Assembly (NCBI GenBank): GCA_963707025.1
Contig: CAVPOM010000009.1
Span: 96,001 to 160,000, forward strand
Length of the DNA: 64,000 nt
Direction of reading: 5' to 3'
DNA from: an uncultured Verrucomicrobiae bacterium
GTDB lineage: Bacteria; Verrucomicrobiota; Verrucomicrobiia; Limisphaerales; Palsa-1400
The position numbers were made by a program, and so were the translations under genes. The notes under the pieces were generated by a model. That model was not told where the DNA came from. It was given only the letters and a program-made list of their open reading frames with translations, and did no database searches. Below, in pieces: positions 49,180 through 58,861 of this stretch. Every line of letters starts with the position of its first letter. Positions within the stretch are counted from its first letter, which is position 1.

Positions 49180-49852
49180 TCTCGACCAGGCAATTGCGGA
49201 ATGGCGCCGGCAGATGCTGTCGGCGGGCATCAAAAGCCCAGTGCCGCTGGAGGAACTGGAAATTCACTTGCGCGAGGATGTGGAGCAGGGGATGCGGTCA
49301 GGATTAGCCGCGCAAGCAGCATTTGAAACGGTCGTGCAACGGATGGGACAAGCTGACGGGCTCAAAGCGGAGTTCAAAAAGGCGGGCAAAACCAACGGAT
49401 ACAGCCGGATCAACCACAATCGCGTCTATGTGACCGCCCTCATCTCCTTCCTCATCATCTGGCAGTTCCTTAATCTGGCTCCGACGCCCGGGCTGGATAG
49501 CCGGGCGCTGGTGGCCTATTTCCAGACGGGAGGCGGAAAGAATTCGGGCGCAGGCCTAATGGGCATGCACAGGATGTTCACCGGCGGCGGTTTTGAAAGG
49601 TGCTCGGTGGGCAGCCTGGCCATACTGCCCGTGTATCTCAGACCTTGGGAGGCTGCACTTTGCCTATTCTATTCTTTGGCTGCCGGTCTGGCGCTGGGCG
49701 CACGCATCCTGCACCCATACACGGGCCGCCGGCTGACTCGCTTCTTGAACCTGGCACTTCTGCCGGCTTTTCCGATTGGGACAGCCATCGGCCTTTACGG
49801 TTTAGCCAAGGTGGATCGGCAACGGAAAGAACAGGAAACTAACCTCGCTTAA
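49172..49852 (+). CDS. Permease-prefix-domain membrane protein with an internal SecY plug-like segment
   Basis: MFNLDQAIAEWR...ELE.HLRE...AF..V.RMG....L..EF prefix; PTPGLD...LMGM..MFTGG..ERCSVGSLAILP; FPIGTAIGLYG tail. Confidence 0.8.
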   Translation: MFNLDQAIAEWRRQMLSAGIKSPVPLEELEIHLREDVEQGMRSGLAAQAAFETVVQRMGQADGLKAEFKKAGKTNGYSRINHNRVYVTALISFLIIWQFLNLAPTPGLDSRALVAYFQTGGGKNSGAGLMGMHRMFTGGGFERCSVGSLAILPVYLRPWEAALCLFYSLAAGLALGARILHPYTGRRLTRFLNLALLPAFPIGTAIGLYGLAKVDRQRKEQETNLA

Positions 49853-50118
49853 GGTTCAGAACCTGTACCCTGTACTCTACAGACCCGGCCTGTGGCCGAG
49901 GCAGCCAACAGAAACCCCCGGTGAGAGGGCCAGCCACACCTTCGAGCCGCTGATGGCCCTGGCCGCGATGGCGGGCGACGGCATGGAGGTGAGCCGAGGG
50001 CTGAACTGGAGGCCGGGCAGCACGAGCGCCGCATAGCCGTCATCATGGAAACGCCAGCGCTGGAAGGGGTTACCGATAATATTGTGCAAAGCCTGGGGTC
50101 TTTTAACACCTCCGAAGA

Positions 50119-50286
50119 TGTAACGGCATGTAACGGGGGTGTAACGGCTCTAAAATGCGTAAGTGCTTGTGGTGCAATAGGTGTAACGTTGTAACGGCTG
50201 TAACGGAGCAATGGTCCCCTTCCGCTTGACTTCACCGTCATACCCAATGTGTGTAACGATGTAACGGGTTTTTCGGAGCAATGGTC
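50119..50286. repeat. Iteron-like array, 8x TGTAACG
   Basis: Copies at 50119, 50129, 50140, 50182, 50190, 50199, 50252 and 50260; also 2x CGGAGCAATGGTC. Confidence 0.85.
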
Positions 50287-50423
50287 GGGAGCGGACCCCC
50301 TGCGCTACTTCCAGCGGTTGTCCTGGCGGAACAAATCCACTTGAAACAGCGAAGAACCGGAGTGGCGATTTCCGCAGTCGTCCCTCGGCGGGACTCTGGC
50401 GGACAGGGCAGATGGGGGATGGG

Positions 50424-50849
50424 TCATTGTTTGACGATCAAGACGCTGCAATGGGCGTGATCGCTGATCCGGTCCGCCGTGTCGCCGAGCAGCCGTCCCC
50501 AAAGTTCGGAGTGGTCGCTGTGGCCAATCACCACCAGATCGTAGTGACCCTCGTCGGCCAACTTGACGATGCTTTTGGCCGGATGTCCGCGGCGCGTCTC
50601 GCAGAGGATGGGGATGCCGTGTTGGGCCGCGGCGGCCGCCACTTCCTTTTGCCGCTCCTTGAAGTATTCATCCGCCGCCTCCGCTTCTTCCTCGTATTCG
50701 CCGGGCAGGTCGGAGTGGCGCGGGAGCGGTTCGCGCACCCAGATGGCGGTCAGCTCCGCCCCGGTTAGTTTGGCCGTGACGGCGGCCCGGTGCAGGGCCG
50801 CTTTGCCGCCTTTGGAGCCGTCGTAGCCCACCATGATTTTCTTGAACAT
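50424..50849 (-). CDS. Universal stress protein
   Basis: MFKKIMVGYDGS, GHPA..I, DLVVIG and LLGDTADRI..HAHCSVLIV motifs. Confidence 0.93.
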   Translation of the reverse strand: MFKKIMVGYDGSKGGKAALHRAAVTAKLTGAELTAIWVREPLPRHSDLPGEYEEEAEAADEYFKERQKEVAAAAAQHGIPILCETRRGHPAKSIVKLADEGHYDLVVIGHSDHSELWGRLLGDTADRISDHAHCSVLIVKQ

Positions 50850-50852
50850 AAT

Positions 50853-52070
50853 TCAGCCTTTCGTTGGAACCAGTGGAGCGCCAGCCCTGCCCTTGAGCTT
50901 GCGCTGGTAGAGCCGTCCCCACGCCTGCATGGTCCGCCGGGATGGCTCGCAGAATTTCTGGGCAATCAGCGTCGGCACAAACGCGCTCAGGATCACGACC
51001 GTGACCAGAATGGAATACTGTTTCTGATCAATGATCTTGTTTTGCAGGCCGAAGAGCGCGGAGATCGTGCCGAAGGTCAGCCCGGTGGACATGAGCAAGG
51101 TGGTGTAATTGGCCTCGCGCTTGCGCAGGAAGAACATGCGCGAAAGAGGCAACACGCCCACGAATTTGGTGATCATCTTCAGCGCCAGCAATACCACGAT
51201 CACGCCCAGCGCCGCCCAGAGCGCCGGCAGCGACACGAACGAGCCGGCGCGGATGAAGTAGAACGGCGTGAACACCGCGAAGGCGATGCTTCGCATCCGA
51301 TGCACCAGCGTTTTGTCCCGCAGGAACACCCCGGCCACAACCAGCCCGATCAGATAAGCCGGCAGCACCGCCTCGCTTTTGGCCGTGGAGGCCAGTCCGC
51401 CCAAGAAGAAGAGGACGAAGAAAATAAACTTGATTTCCGGTTCGCTCACCCGGGTCGCCCCCATGCGGACGACGATGAATTGCGTCCACCGGGGCATGAA
51501 CCAGAGCGTCAGGCCCGTGACGAGGACAAACACCAGCAGCCAGATGTTGAAGCTGGCGAAGATGAAACCCAGAGCCAGCACCGTCCCCAGGTCGTTGATG
51601 AAACAGGCCGCCAGAATCATCTTGCCCAGCGCCGTTTCGTTTTGCCGGGTCTCGATCATCACGGCATAGACCACGGCGACCGAAGTAGTGGAGAGGGCGA
51701 TCCCGGCGATTTGGGCTTGATGGAGCGGCCAGCCGAGAACCAATTGCGCAAAGGCCCACACCCCCGCGAACGGCAGCACAAAGGCCGCCGTGCCGATGGC
51801 CATGCTCGCCCGGAAATTGGCCCGCAGCGATACCGGATCAATCTCCGCCCCGGCCAGAAAGGTCAGCACCCCGCTGCCCAGCATGGCGAGAAAGTTGGTC
51901 CAGTCGGTCGAACGCAGGATTTGCTGGCCATCGCCAAAGTGGATGTTGCCGGCGGCCACCCCAACGACGATTTCAATCAGCGCCACGGAGAGGCCGACGC
52001 GAATGGAAACCAGGCTCGCCACCAAAGCCAGTCCCATCCAGATCGCCGCGATGAACCAGATATTGTCCAT
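50853..52070 (-). CDS. Cation:proton antiporter (CPA2 / Na_H_Exchanger)
   Basis: About 12 TM; FLAGAEID, ALSTTSVAVV and ILAACFINDL motifs. Confidence 0.9.
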   Translation of the reverse strand: MDNIWFIAAIWMGLALVASLVSIRVGLSVALIEIVVGVAAGNIHFGDGQQILRSTDWTNFLAMLGSGVLTFLAGAEIDPVSLRANFRASMAIGTAAFVLPFAGVWAFAQLVLGWPLHQAQIAGIALSTTSVAVVYAVMIETRQNETALGKMILAACFINDLGTVLALGFIFASFNIWLLVFVLVTGLTLWFMPRWTQFIVVRMGATRVSEPEIKFIFFVLFFLGGLASTAKSEAVLPAYLIGLVVAGVFLRDKTLVHRMRSIAFAVFTPFYFIRAGSFVSLPALWAALGVIVVLLALKMITKFVGVLPLSRMFFLRKREANYTTLLMSTGLTFGTISALFGLQNKIIDQKQYSILVTVVILSAFVPTLIAQKFCEPSRRTMQAWGRLYQRKLKGRAGAPLVPTKG

Positions 52071-52159
52071 TTTGCCTTTCGTTCAGTTCAGGTGGCGGGC
52101 AGGCCCGTGGTCCAGCCGCCCATTCAGCCTGCAATGACTCCGCCCGCCATGATGGCGCT

Positions 52160-52231
52160 GTCAGGAGTCATCAGCACTGAAACGATCAGGCGGTTTTCCC
52201 GCCACTCGGCGGGTTGGCAAACCCCATTGCC
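52160..52231 (-). ncRNA. Fluoride (crcB) riboswitch
   Basis: Minus strand GGCAATGGGGTTTGCC...AAACCGC...GCTGATGACTCCT matches the fluoride aptamer consensus; about 90 nt upstream of the antiporter ATG. Confidence 0.88.
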
Positions 52232-52594
52232 AAAAGCTTTATCGCACAAACCGCCTGGCCTGGGAAGCCCTTTTTTTCAAGGCCAACATGGCCGCTTTTG
52301 GCGCTGTTTGGGCTGCTCCATGCTCCATCCCCGCTTGTCCGCCCTGGCTTGAGCGACGGCGGAATCCTGGCTTTGGCTGCGGCTCTGGCACGCTGTGGAT
52401 CTGGGCTTGGCAGGATGGGGCCGGCAAACTACGCATGTGACCAATCGCGAAGCCAGACCCACCGTTTTCAAGCCCGCGCCCGTCCATCCCCAGCGAGGTC
52501 CAGGAAGGTTGTCAATCGCAAATCCACAATTTACACTTCTCATTTGACGTTCCAGCATTAGGTGTTATACTAATCTCACGACGACATAAAACAC

Positions 52595-52900
52595 ATGAGT
52601 GCCCGAAAAACTACCTCCCCTGATCTCCTTGCTTTTGCCCCAACCACCACCCAATGCCTGACCCTGCCCGCCGAGGCCGTGCGCGTCCGCAAGAATGGCA
52701 TCGAATTCCGCAGCAAGGATGCCTTCCAGCCCTGGACGGAAATGACGCTGAGTTTGCAGCGCCCGGACGGGAGCAAAAAGATCCACTGCACCGGGGTCAT
52801 CGTGGCCTGCGATGGCAATCGGCATCAGGGCTACACCATTTCCATGCTCTTCACCAACCTGTCCCGGCAATCCCAGGCCCGTTGGCTCACTTATTCCTGA
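52595..52900 (+). CDS. PilZ-like small protein
   Basis: GIEF......W.E..L.L......I.CTGVIVAC pattern; TTGACG/TATACT promoter at 52544-52571. Confidence 0.6.
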   Translation: MSARKTTSPDLLAFAPTTTQCLTLPAEAVRVRKNGIEFRSKDAFQPWTEMTLSLQRPDGSKKIHCTGVIVACDGNRHQGYTISMLFTNLSRQSQARWLTYS

Positions 52901-52953
52901 ACCCGGTTAATTGCTGACTGGCTTTTGCCCCGGCCAACCCGTAGCCTGCGGGC

Positions 52954-54042
52954 ATGGAAACTTTCCGTAAAATTCTCTCCACGGCCGTCGAGGGCGGCGC
53001 CTCCGATGTCCACCTGAAAATCGGCGCCCCCATAGTCTTTCGCATCAACCGGCGCCTGGTGGTGGTGGACGGGCCCTGTCCGACCGAAGAATGGATGGAG
53101 ATGGTGGTGGGAAATATCCTGCCGCGCCATCACAAGGCCCACATCGAAGAGACGCGGGAGGTGGATTTTTCCTATTTTATGCCCGGGGTCGGGCGGTTCC
53201 GCACCAACTGCTTCCACCAGCGCGGGCAGTTTTGTCTGGCCCTGCGCTATGTCAAAACCCAGGTCCCGTCCTTCGAGGAGTTGGGCTTGCTCCCGCAGTT
53301 GCGGCAAATCGCCGAAAGCCCGCGCGGCATTGTCCTGCTCGCCGGCTCCACCGGCTGCGGCAAATCCACCACCCTGGCCGCCATGGTCGAACACATCAAC
53401 GCCAACGGCCGCAAACACATCATCACCCTGGAGGACCCCATCGAGTACGTGTTTGAAGACAACCAATCGGTCATCGAACAGCGGGAAATCGGCCTGGACA
53501 CCCTCTCCTTCGAAGAAGGACTCAAGCACGTCCTGCGCCAGGACCCGGACGTGATCATGATCGGGGAAATGCGCGACGCCACCAGCTTCACCGCCGCCAT
53601 GGCCGCCGCCGACACCGGGCACCTGGTCCTTTCCACCTTGCACACCACCAACGCCGCCCAGTCCATCAGCCGCATCCTGGACTTCTTCAGAGCGGACGAA
53701 CGGGACCAAATCCGGCGCCAGATTGCCGGCACGCTTCAGGCCGTGGTCTGCCAGCGCATGGTGCCCACCATCACCGGGGGCATGACTCCCGCCCAGGAGA
53801 TCATGATCAACTCCGGCACCGTGCGCAAACTCATCGAGGAAAACCGCCTGGAGCGCCTCGGCGCGGCCATCGAAACCGGCAGCGAAGAAGGCATGCTCAA
53901 CTTCAACCAGTCCCTCTTCACCCTGGTCAAGGACGGCAAAGTCAGCCAGGCGGACGCCCTGGCCAAGGCGACCAACGCCCAAGCCCTGGAAATGAACTTC
54001 CAGGGCATCTTCCTGACAGAAGGCAAGCGCATTCTGGGCTGA
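52954..54042 (+). CDS. pilT: Type IV pilus retraction ATPase PilT/PilU family
   Basis: ASDVHL, GSTGCGKSTT, LEDPIEY, LRQDPDVIMIGEMRD and TGHLVLSTLHT motifs. Confidence 0.92.
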   Translation: METFRKILSTAVEGGASDVHLKIGAPIVFRINRRLVVVDGPCPTEEWMEMVVGNILPRHHKAHIEETREVDFSYFMPGVGRFRTNCFHQRGQFCLALRYVKTQVPSFEELGLLPQLRQIAESPRGIVLLAGSTGCGKSTTLAAMVEHINANGRKHIITLEDPIEYVFEDNQSVIEQREIGLDTLSFEEGLKHVLRQDPDVIMIGEMRDATSFTAAMAAADTGHLVLSTLHTTNAAQSISRILDFFRADERDQIRRQIAGTLQAVVCQRMVPTITGGMTPAQEIMINSGTVRKLIEENRLERLGAAIETGSEEGMLNFNQSLFTLVKDGKVSQADALAKATNAQALEMNFQGIFLTEGKRILG

Positions 54043-54074
54043 ACGGTCCTCCGTGCGGGGCCGGGGCTAAACAT

Positions 54075-55559
54075 CTACTTGACGCCAGTCATCAGGCGCT
54101 GGATCGGCCTGGCCAGGAGCAGCACCACCACCCCCGTCCCGCCCGCCGTCAGCACAATTTGAAAAAAGCCCCAGGGCAGGGTTTCCACCTTGGTGGGGTC
54201 AAAGGAGCCGGCGATTTGGCCGGCGATGAGATTGCCCAGCGAGGTGGCCAGAAACCAGATTCCCATCATCTGCCCAACCAGCCGTTTTGGCGCCAGCTTG
54301 GTCATCGAACTCAATCCAACCGGACTAACACACAACTCGCCGAAAGTATGCAGCAGATACATCGCAATCAGCCAGGTCGGCAGCACCTTGCCGCCGTGTT
54401 TCACGAATGTGGCCGCCCAGGCGATCACCCCGAAACCCGCCGCCAGCAGCAGCAGCCCGACGCCGAATTTCACCGGCAGCGACGGCTCCCGCTTCCGGCG
54501 CGCCAAGGCCAGCCACAAAGCCGCCATGACCGGCGCCAGGACAATGACAAACAAGGGCCCCAGCATTTGAAACACGCCCGCCGGAATGACATGCCCGAAA
54601 AAGCCCCGATCCGTGTGCCGCTCCGCGAAAAGATTGAGCGACGAACCCGCCTGTTCGAATCCCGACCAGAACATCACCGAGGCAAGAAAAAGCACCAGGC
54701 TAACTCCCACCCGCTTTTTCTCCACCGCGTCGAGGTCCAAAAAGAAAAACGCCACGATGAAAAACAAAGCCCCAATTCCGACAATCACGTATTTTGTGTT
54801 TTCCGCCAGGCTGATGGGATTCAAGTGGAGCACCCCGGCCCACGTCAGCCCAATCGTCAAAAGCAGCGCGCCGAGAATAGAGAAGAGAACTGCCAAATCC
54901 TTCTTCCGCACCCCTTCCTGATGGCCGGGCTGCGCCCCGGCCTTGCCCAGGCTCTTGATGAAAAACCGGTATTGGAGCAGGCCGAAAAACATGCCCACCC
55001 CCGGGGCCGCAAACCCGTAGCGCCAGTTCTGCTCCGCCAGCGGGCTGCAAATGAGCGGGCCGATAAAAGCGCCCAGGTTGATCCCCATGTAAAAAATGCT
55101 GAAGCCCGCATCCCGCCGCGCCCCGCCTTCCGGGTAAAGCTCCCCGACAATCGCGCTCACGTTCGGCTTGAGCATCCCCGTCCCCAGCACCAGCAGGCAC
55201 AACCCAAGGTAAAACGTGTCCGTTCGCGGAATGGCCAGCGTAAAATCCCCCAGCATGATGATAATTCCGCCGTACCAGACGGCCCGTTGCGCGCCGAGAA
55301 ACCGGTCCGCCATCCAGCCGCCGAACAAGGCCGCCAGATAGACTCCCGCCGTATAAAGCCCGTAAATCGCCCCGGCCATTTTGTCCGTCAGCCCAAACCC
55401 GCCATGCACCTTGTCCACCAGAAACAAAATCAGAAACGCCCGCATCCCGTAGTAACTGAACCGCTCCCACATCTCCGTGAAAAACAGCGTGGCCAAGCCG
55501 CGCGGCTGCCCTCGCGGCACGGACTCGGCGGCATCTGTGGCGGCGGGTGAATCAGGCAT
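54075..55559 (-). CDS. POT/PTR family peptide MFS transporter
   Basis: EMWERFSYYGMR, GTGMLKPN, FSIFYMGINLGA and GELCVSPVG motifs; ATG at 55559. Confidence 0.94.
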   Translation of the reverse strand: MPDSPAATDAAESVPRGQPRGLATLFFTEMWERFSYYGMRAFLILFLVDKVHGGFGLTDKMAGAIYGLYTAGVYLAALFGGWMADRFLGAQRAVWYGGIIIMLGDFTLAIPRTDTFYLGLCLLVLGTGMLKPNVSAIVGELYPEGGARRDAGFSIFYMGINLGAFIGPLICSPLAEQNWRYGFAAPGVGMFFGLLQYRFFIKSLGKAGAQPGHQEGVRKKDLAVLFSILGALLLTIGLTWAGVLHLNPISLAENTKYVIVGIGALFFIVAFFFLDLDAVEKKRVGVSLVLFLASVMFWSGFEQAGSSLNLFAERHTDRGFFGHVIPAGVFQMLGPLFVIVLAPVMAALWLALARRKREPSLPVKFGVGLLLLAAGFGVIAWAATFVKHGGKVLPTWLIAMYLLHTFGELCVSPVGLSSMTKLAPKRLVGQMMGIWFLATSLGNLIAGQIAGSFDPTKVETLPWGFFQIVLTAGGTGVVVLLLARPIQRLMTGVK

Positions 55560-55803
55560 GAACTGTGGGCGTCGGTTTGATGGCCACGAAAATGACCGCC
55601 CGGCGCTGAAAATGCAAAATGAAAAATGCCACCTCAAATCCCCGCCAGGGTGGCGGGACTCCCCGAGCCGTGACCCGACGGCCAATCCGCCATCCGCCAT
55701 TGTAAAATCCGCAATCGGTTGACGTGCCTCCGCAACCACGGCAGACTGCCTGGGCAACGATGTCCGCGCTCGAACCCGCGGCAAGAGATAACCGGACCAC
55801 AAC

Positions 55804-57192
55804 ATGAACAACGAACCGACGCCACCGGCGAAACCCGCCCTAAACAAGGAGGGCCGCAAAATAACTTTGGGCCGGCTGCTCGCGCCCTCCATGGATGCGC
55901 TGGGCCTGAGTCGCGGCGCCGCCCTGACCACTTTTTTGTTCATCGGCGCCGCTCTCCTCCTGGCTGTTTTCTGGTTCTTTCAATCCGCCCCCCCAAAAAC
56001 CATCACCATCACCAGCGGCGCCGCCGGCAGCACCTTCCAGACCAATGCCGAAAAATACCGCGCCATCCTCGCCAGCAACGGCGTGACCTTGAAAATCCTG
56101 CCCTCGGAAGGCTCTCCGGAGAACCTCCAGCGGCTCAAGGACACTTCGTTTCCGGTGGACGTTGGTTTTGTGCAAGGCGGCATGACCAATGCCGCAGGGG
56201 GCGAGCGGCTCTTTTCCCTTGGGAGCATCGCCTATGAACCGCTTTTTGTCTTTTATCGCGGGTCCAACTCCCTGTCCATCCTGTCCGAGCTGGCCGGCCG
56301 GCGGCTGGCCATTGGCGAACCGGGCAGCGGAACGCGCGCCCTGGCTTTATCACTCCTGCATCTCAACGAGATTGAACCCGGCGGCCCGACTCAATTGTTG
56401 GATTTGGCTGCGGCCGACGCCGCCGGGGCTTTGCTGGCGGGCAAAGTGGATGCGGTCTTCCTGATGGGCGATTCGGCTTCGACCAACCTGATTCACCAAC
56501 TCCTCCACTCGCCGGAAATACACCTCCTTGATTTTGCGCAGGCCGATGGCTATACCCGCCGCATCAGCTACCTCAACAACCTGGTCCTTCCCCAAGGTTG
56601 CCTTGATTTTGGGAAAAACCTGCCGGCGCATGACATCCATCTCATCGGTCCCACCGTCGAACTCCTGGTCCGCCCCAATTTACACCCCGCCCTGTCGGAT
56701 TTGTTGCTGGAGGCGGCCCAATCCGTCCATGGCAGAGCCACCATCCTGCAACGCCGCGGCGAGTTCCCTGCCCCGCTCGAACACGACTTTCCCATCAGCC
56801 CCGACGCCAGCCGCTTCTACAAGTCGGGCAAAAGTTTTCTTTATCGTGCCCTGCCCTTTTGGCTGGCGGGCGTGGTGCGGCGCGCCCTGCTGGCCTTTGT
56901 CCCCGCCATTATCGTGCTCATTCCCGGACTGCGCGTCCTGCCGGCGCTTTACAGATTGCGGATGAGGCTGCGCCTCTACCGCTGGTACCGCGCCTTGCTG
57001 GCCTTGGAACGCGCCTCTCCGGCGGCTTCCACTCCGGACGCGCGCCGCCAATCCCTCGCCAAACTCGATCACATCGAAAACGAAGTCAACCGGCTGAAAG
57101 TGCCGGCCTCCTTCGCCGACCAGTTCTACGGTCTGCGCGAGCACATCCAATTTGTGCGCGGCCGCCTGACGGACAGCGCGGACTCTGCATGA
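55804..57192 (+). CDS. TAXI-family TRAP solute-binding subunit (membrane-anchored)
   Basis: GS.ENL..L, YEPL.VFYR, GRRLAIGEPGSGT and YRALPFWLA motifs. Confidence 0.85.
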   Translation: MNNEPTPPAKPALNKEGRKITLGRLLAPSMDALGLSRGAALTTFLFIGAALLLAVFWFFQSAPPKTITITSGAAGSTFQTNAEKYRAILASNGVTLKILPSEGSPENLQRLKDTSFPVDVGFVQGGMTNAAGGERLFSLGSIAYEPLFVFYRGSNSLSILSELAGRRLAIGEPGSGTRALALSLLHLNEIEPGGPTQLLDLAAADAAGALLAGKVDAVFLMGDSASTNLIHQLLHSPEIHLLDFAQADGYTRRISYLNNLVLPQGCLDFGKNLPAHDIHLIGPTVELLVRPNLHPALSDLLLEAAQSVHGRATILQRRGEFPAPLEHDFPISPDASRFYKSGKSFLYRALPFWLAGVVRRALLAFVPAIIVLIPGLRVLPALYRLRMRLRLYRWYRALLALERASPAASTPDARRQSLAKLDHIENEVNRLKVPASFADQFYGLREHIQFVRGRLTDSADSA

Positions 57193-57225
57193 GATGAGGT
57201 GCGTTTCACATTCTTGAGTTTTCTT

Positions 57226-57307
57226 TCTTAATCGTAATCTTAATCTTGCTCTTAATCCGAATGCGGGAGGGCTGCGATTAACATTAAGATTAGGAGCAAG
57301 ATTAAGA
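57226..57307. repeat. Inverted pair of (TCTTAA)n-like hexamer tracts
   Basis: tcttaatcgtaatcttaatcttgctcttaatc / gattaacattaagattaggagcaagattaaga; similar tracts at 8310-8342 and 22179-22228. Confidence 0.75.
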
Positions 57308-57398
57308 GGGGAACCCAAAAATCTGAAATGCACCCCGTGAGATGGGGAGGCAGAAATGGAACTTGAAGTTTCCCCCCGCCCGGATTAGGGTGTCAACC

Positions 57399-58499
57399 AT
57401 GAGTGCCAGCTTGGTTGACGCAACCGTTTCCGAACAGATTTCCCACCTCACCCGCCGTGTGCTGCACGGCGGCGCCATCACCCGCGGCGAGGCCGCCTGG
57501 CTTTTCAGCCTGGAAAGCTCGGCCGACATTTTTGATCTCATGGCCGGGGCCAACCGCCTGCGCGAACATTTCAAGGGCAACAAGATCCATCTCTGCTCCA
57601 TCGTCAACGCCAAGGCCGGCGCCTGCTCCGAGAATTGCAGCTTCTGCGCCCAATCCTCCTTTCACCAGACCGATTCGCCCAAATATGGATTTGTGGATCC
57701 GGAACCCGTCGAGCAGGCCGCCGACGAGGCCCGCCGCAACCACGTTACCGCCGTCGGCCTGGTCGCCGCCTGGCGCGGCCTGAAAGAAGGGCCCATGCTC
57801 GACGAAGTTTGCGAGCGGATTCGCGAACTGGCCAAAAGCGGCAAGACCCGCGCCGACGCCTCTCTGGGCATCATCGAAAGCCAGGCCGTGGCCGACCGGC
57901 TGAAGGCGGCGGGATTGGAATGTTACGGCCACAACCTGGAAAGCTCGCGCCGGTTTTTCCCCAAACATTGCACCACCCACACCTACGAACACCGCCTCAA
58001 TACCCTCCGCCACCTCAAAAACGCCGGCCTCAAAATCTGTTCCGGCGGCATCATCGGCATGGGGGAGACCCGCGAGGACCGCTGCGAACTGGCTTTTGCG
58101 CTTAAGGAGGTCGGCGCCAACGTCGTGCCCATCAACATCCTCAACCCCATCCAAGGCACGCCCTTTGAGGCCAACCCGCCGCTGCCGCCCCTGGAGATTT
58201 TGAAAACCATCGCCTGTTTCCGTTTCATCCTGCCGCGCCGGGAAATCATGATCGCCGGCGGCCGCACCGTGAATTTGCGCGACATGCAAAGCCTGGTTTT
58301 CGCCGCCGGCGCCAGCGCGCTCATGGTGGGCAACTACCTCACCACCCTCAACCAGCCCGTGGAAAAAGACCTGCAAATGCTCAAAGACCTCGGCCTGGAC
58401 CCCAACTGGGACAAACACGATTTCCGCGACCAGGAAGCAATCCCGGCGCACAGGGACAGCACCAGAGAAAGTTGCGAGACGGAGCCTGCGTTAATTTGA
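57399..58499 (+). CDS. bioB: Biotin synthase
   Basis: CSENCSFCAQS, YGHNLE, CSGGIIGMGE, VPIN.L.P..GT, AGGR and GNYLTT motifs. Confidence 0.96.
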   Translation: MSASLVDATVSEQISHLTRRVLHGGAITRGEAAWLFSLESSADIFDLMAGANRLREHFKGNKIHLCSIVNAKAGACSENCSFCAQSSFHQTDSPKYGFVDPEPVEQAADEARRNHVTAVGLVAAWRGLKEGPMLDEVCERIRELAKSGKTRADASLGIIESQAVADRLKAAGLECYGHNLESSRRFFPKHCTTHTYEHRLNTLRHLKNAGLKICSGGIIGMGETREDRCELAFALKEVGANVVPINILNPIQGTPFEANPPLPPLEILKTIACFRFILPRREIMIAGGRTVNLRDMQSLVFAAGASALMVGNYLTTLNQPVEKDLQMLKDLGLDPNWDKHDFRDQEAIPAHRDSTRESCETEPALI

Positions 58500-58645
58500 A
58501 ACTGATAATGTGCCAATCTTGTTTGGTAGGGCGGGCAGTCCCCTGCCCGCCGAACGCCGGCAGTGCGGCGTGGGCTCCACTGCCAATGCCCAACGCGCTG
58601 AAACGCGCCCTCGACGAGCGGCTGCTGATTGATTAACATTTCCGC

Positions 58646-58861
58646 ATGAGACGTTCGGAATCCACCTCACGCCTTTCCACGCCGGCGGCAAAGCGGTGGG
58701 GGAAAAAGCTCGCCGCCGACATTGCCGCTGTGATGTCCCGCCATCCCGATGCCGATCCCGAAGATGTCCGCCTCACACTGATTTCACTGCAATCACCGCC
58801 GCTCGCGCGGCTCAACCGGAGTTTGCGCCGTGGCCGAGGTTTTGCCGCTTTCAGAAAGTGA
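58646..58861 (+). CDS. Small hypothetical protein
   Basis: 71 aa; D...VR.TL..L..PPL.RL.R pattern; its stop overlaps a GTG. Confidence 0.55.
   Translation: MRRSESTSRLSTPAAKRWGKKLAADIAAVMSRHPDADPEDVRLTLISLQSPPLARLNRSLRRGRGFAAFRK

Noticed and set aside
49172..49852. Calling this gene secY or a secY pseudogene
   Set aside because: Only about 50 aa resemble SecY; both termini belong to a different family and there is no ribosomal-operon context
50119..50286. TGTAACG array as a CRISPR array
   Set aside because: Repeats are 7 bp with irregular, mostly 1-4 bp gaps; no 23-47 bp repeats with unique spacers; no cas genes
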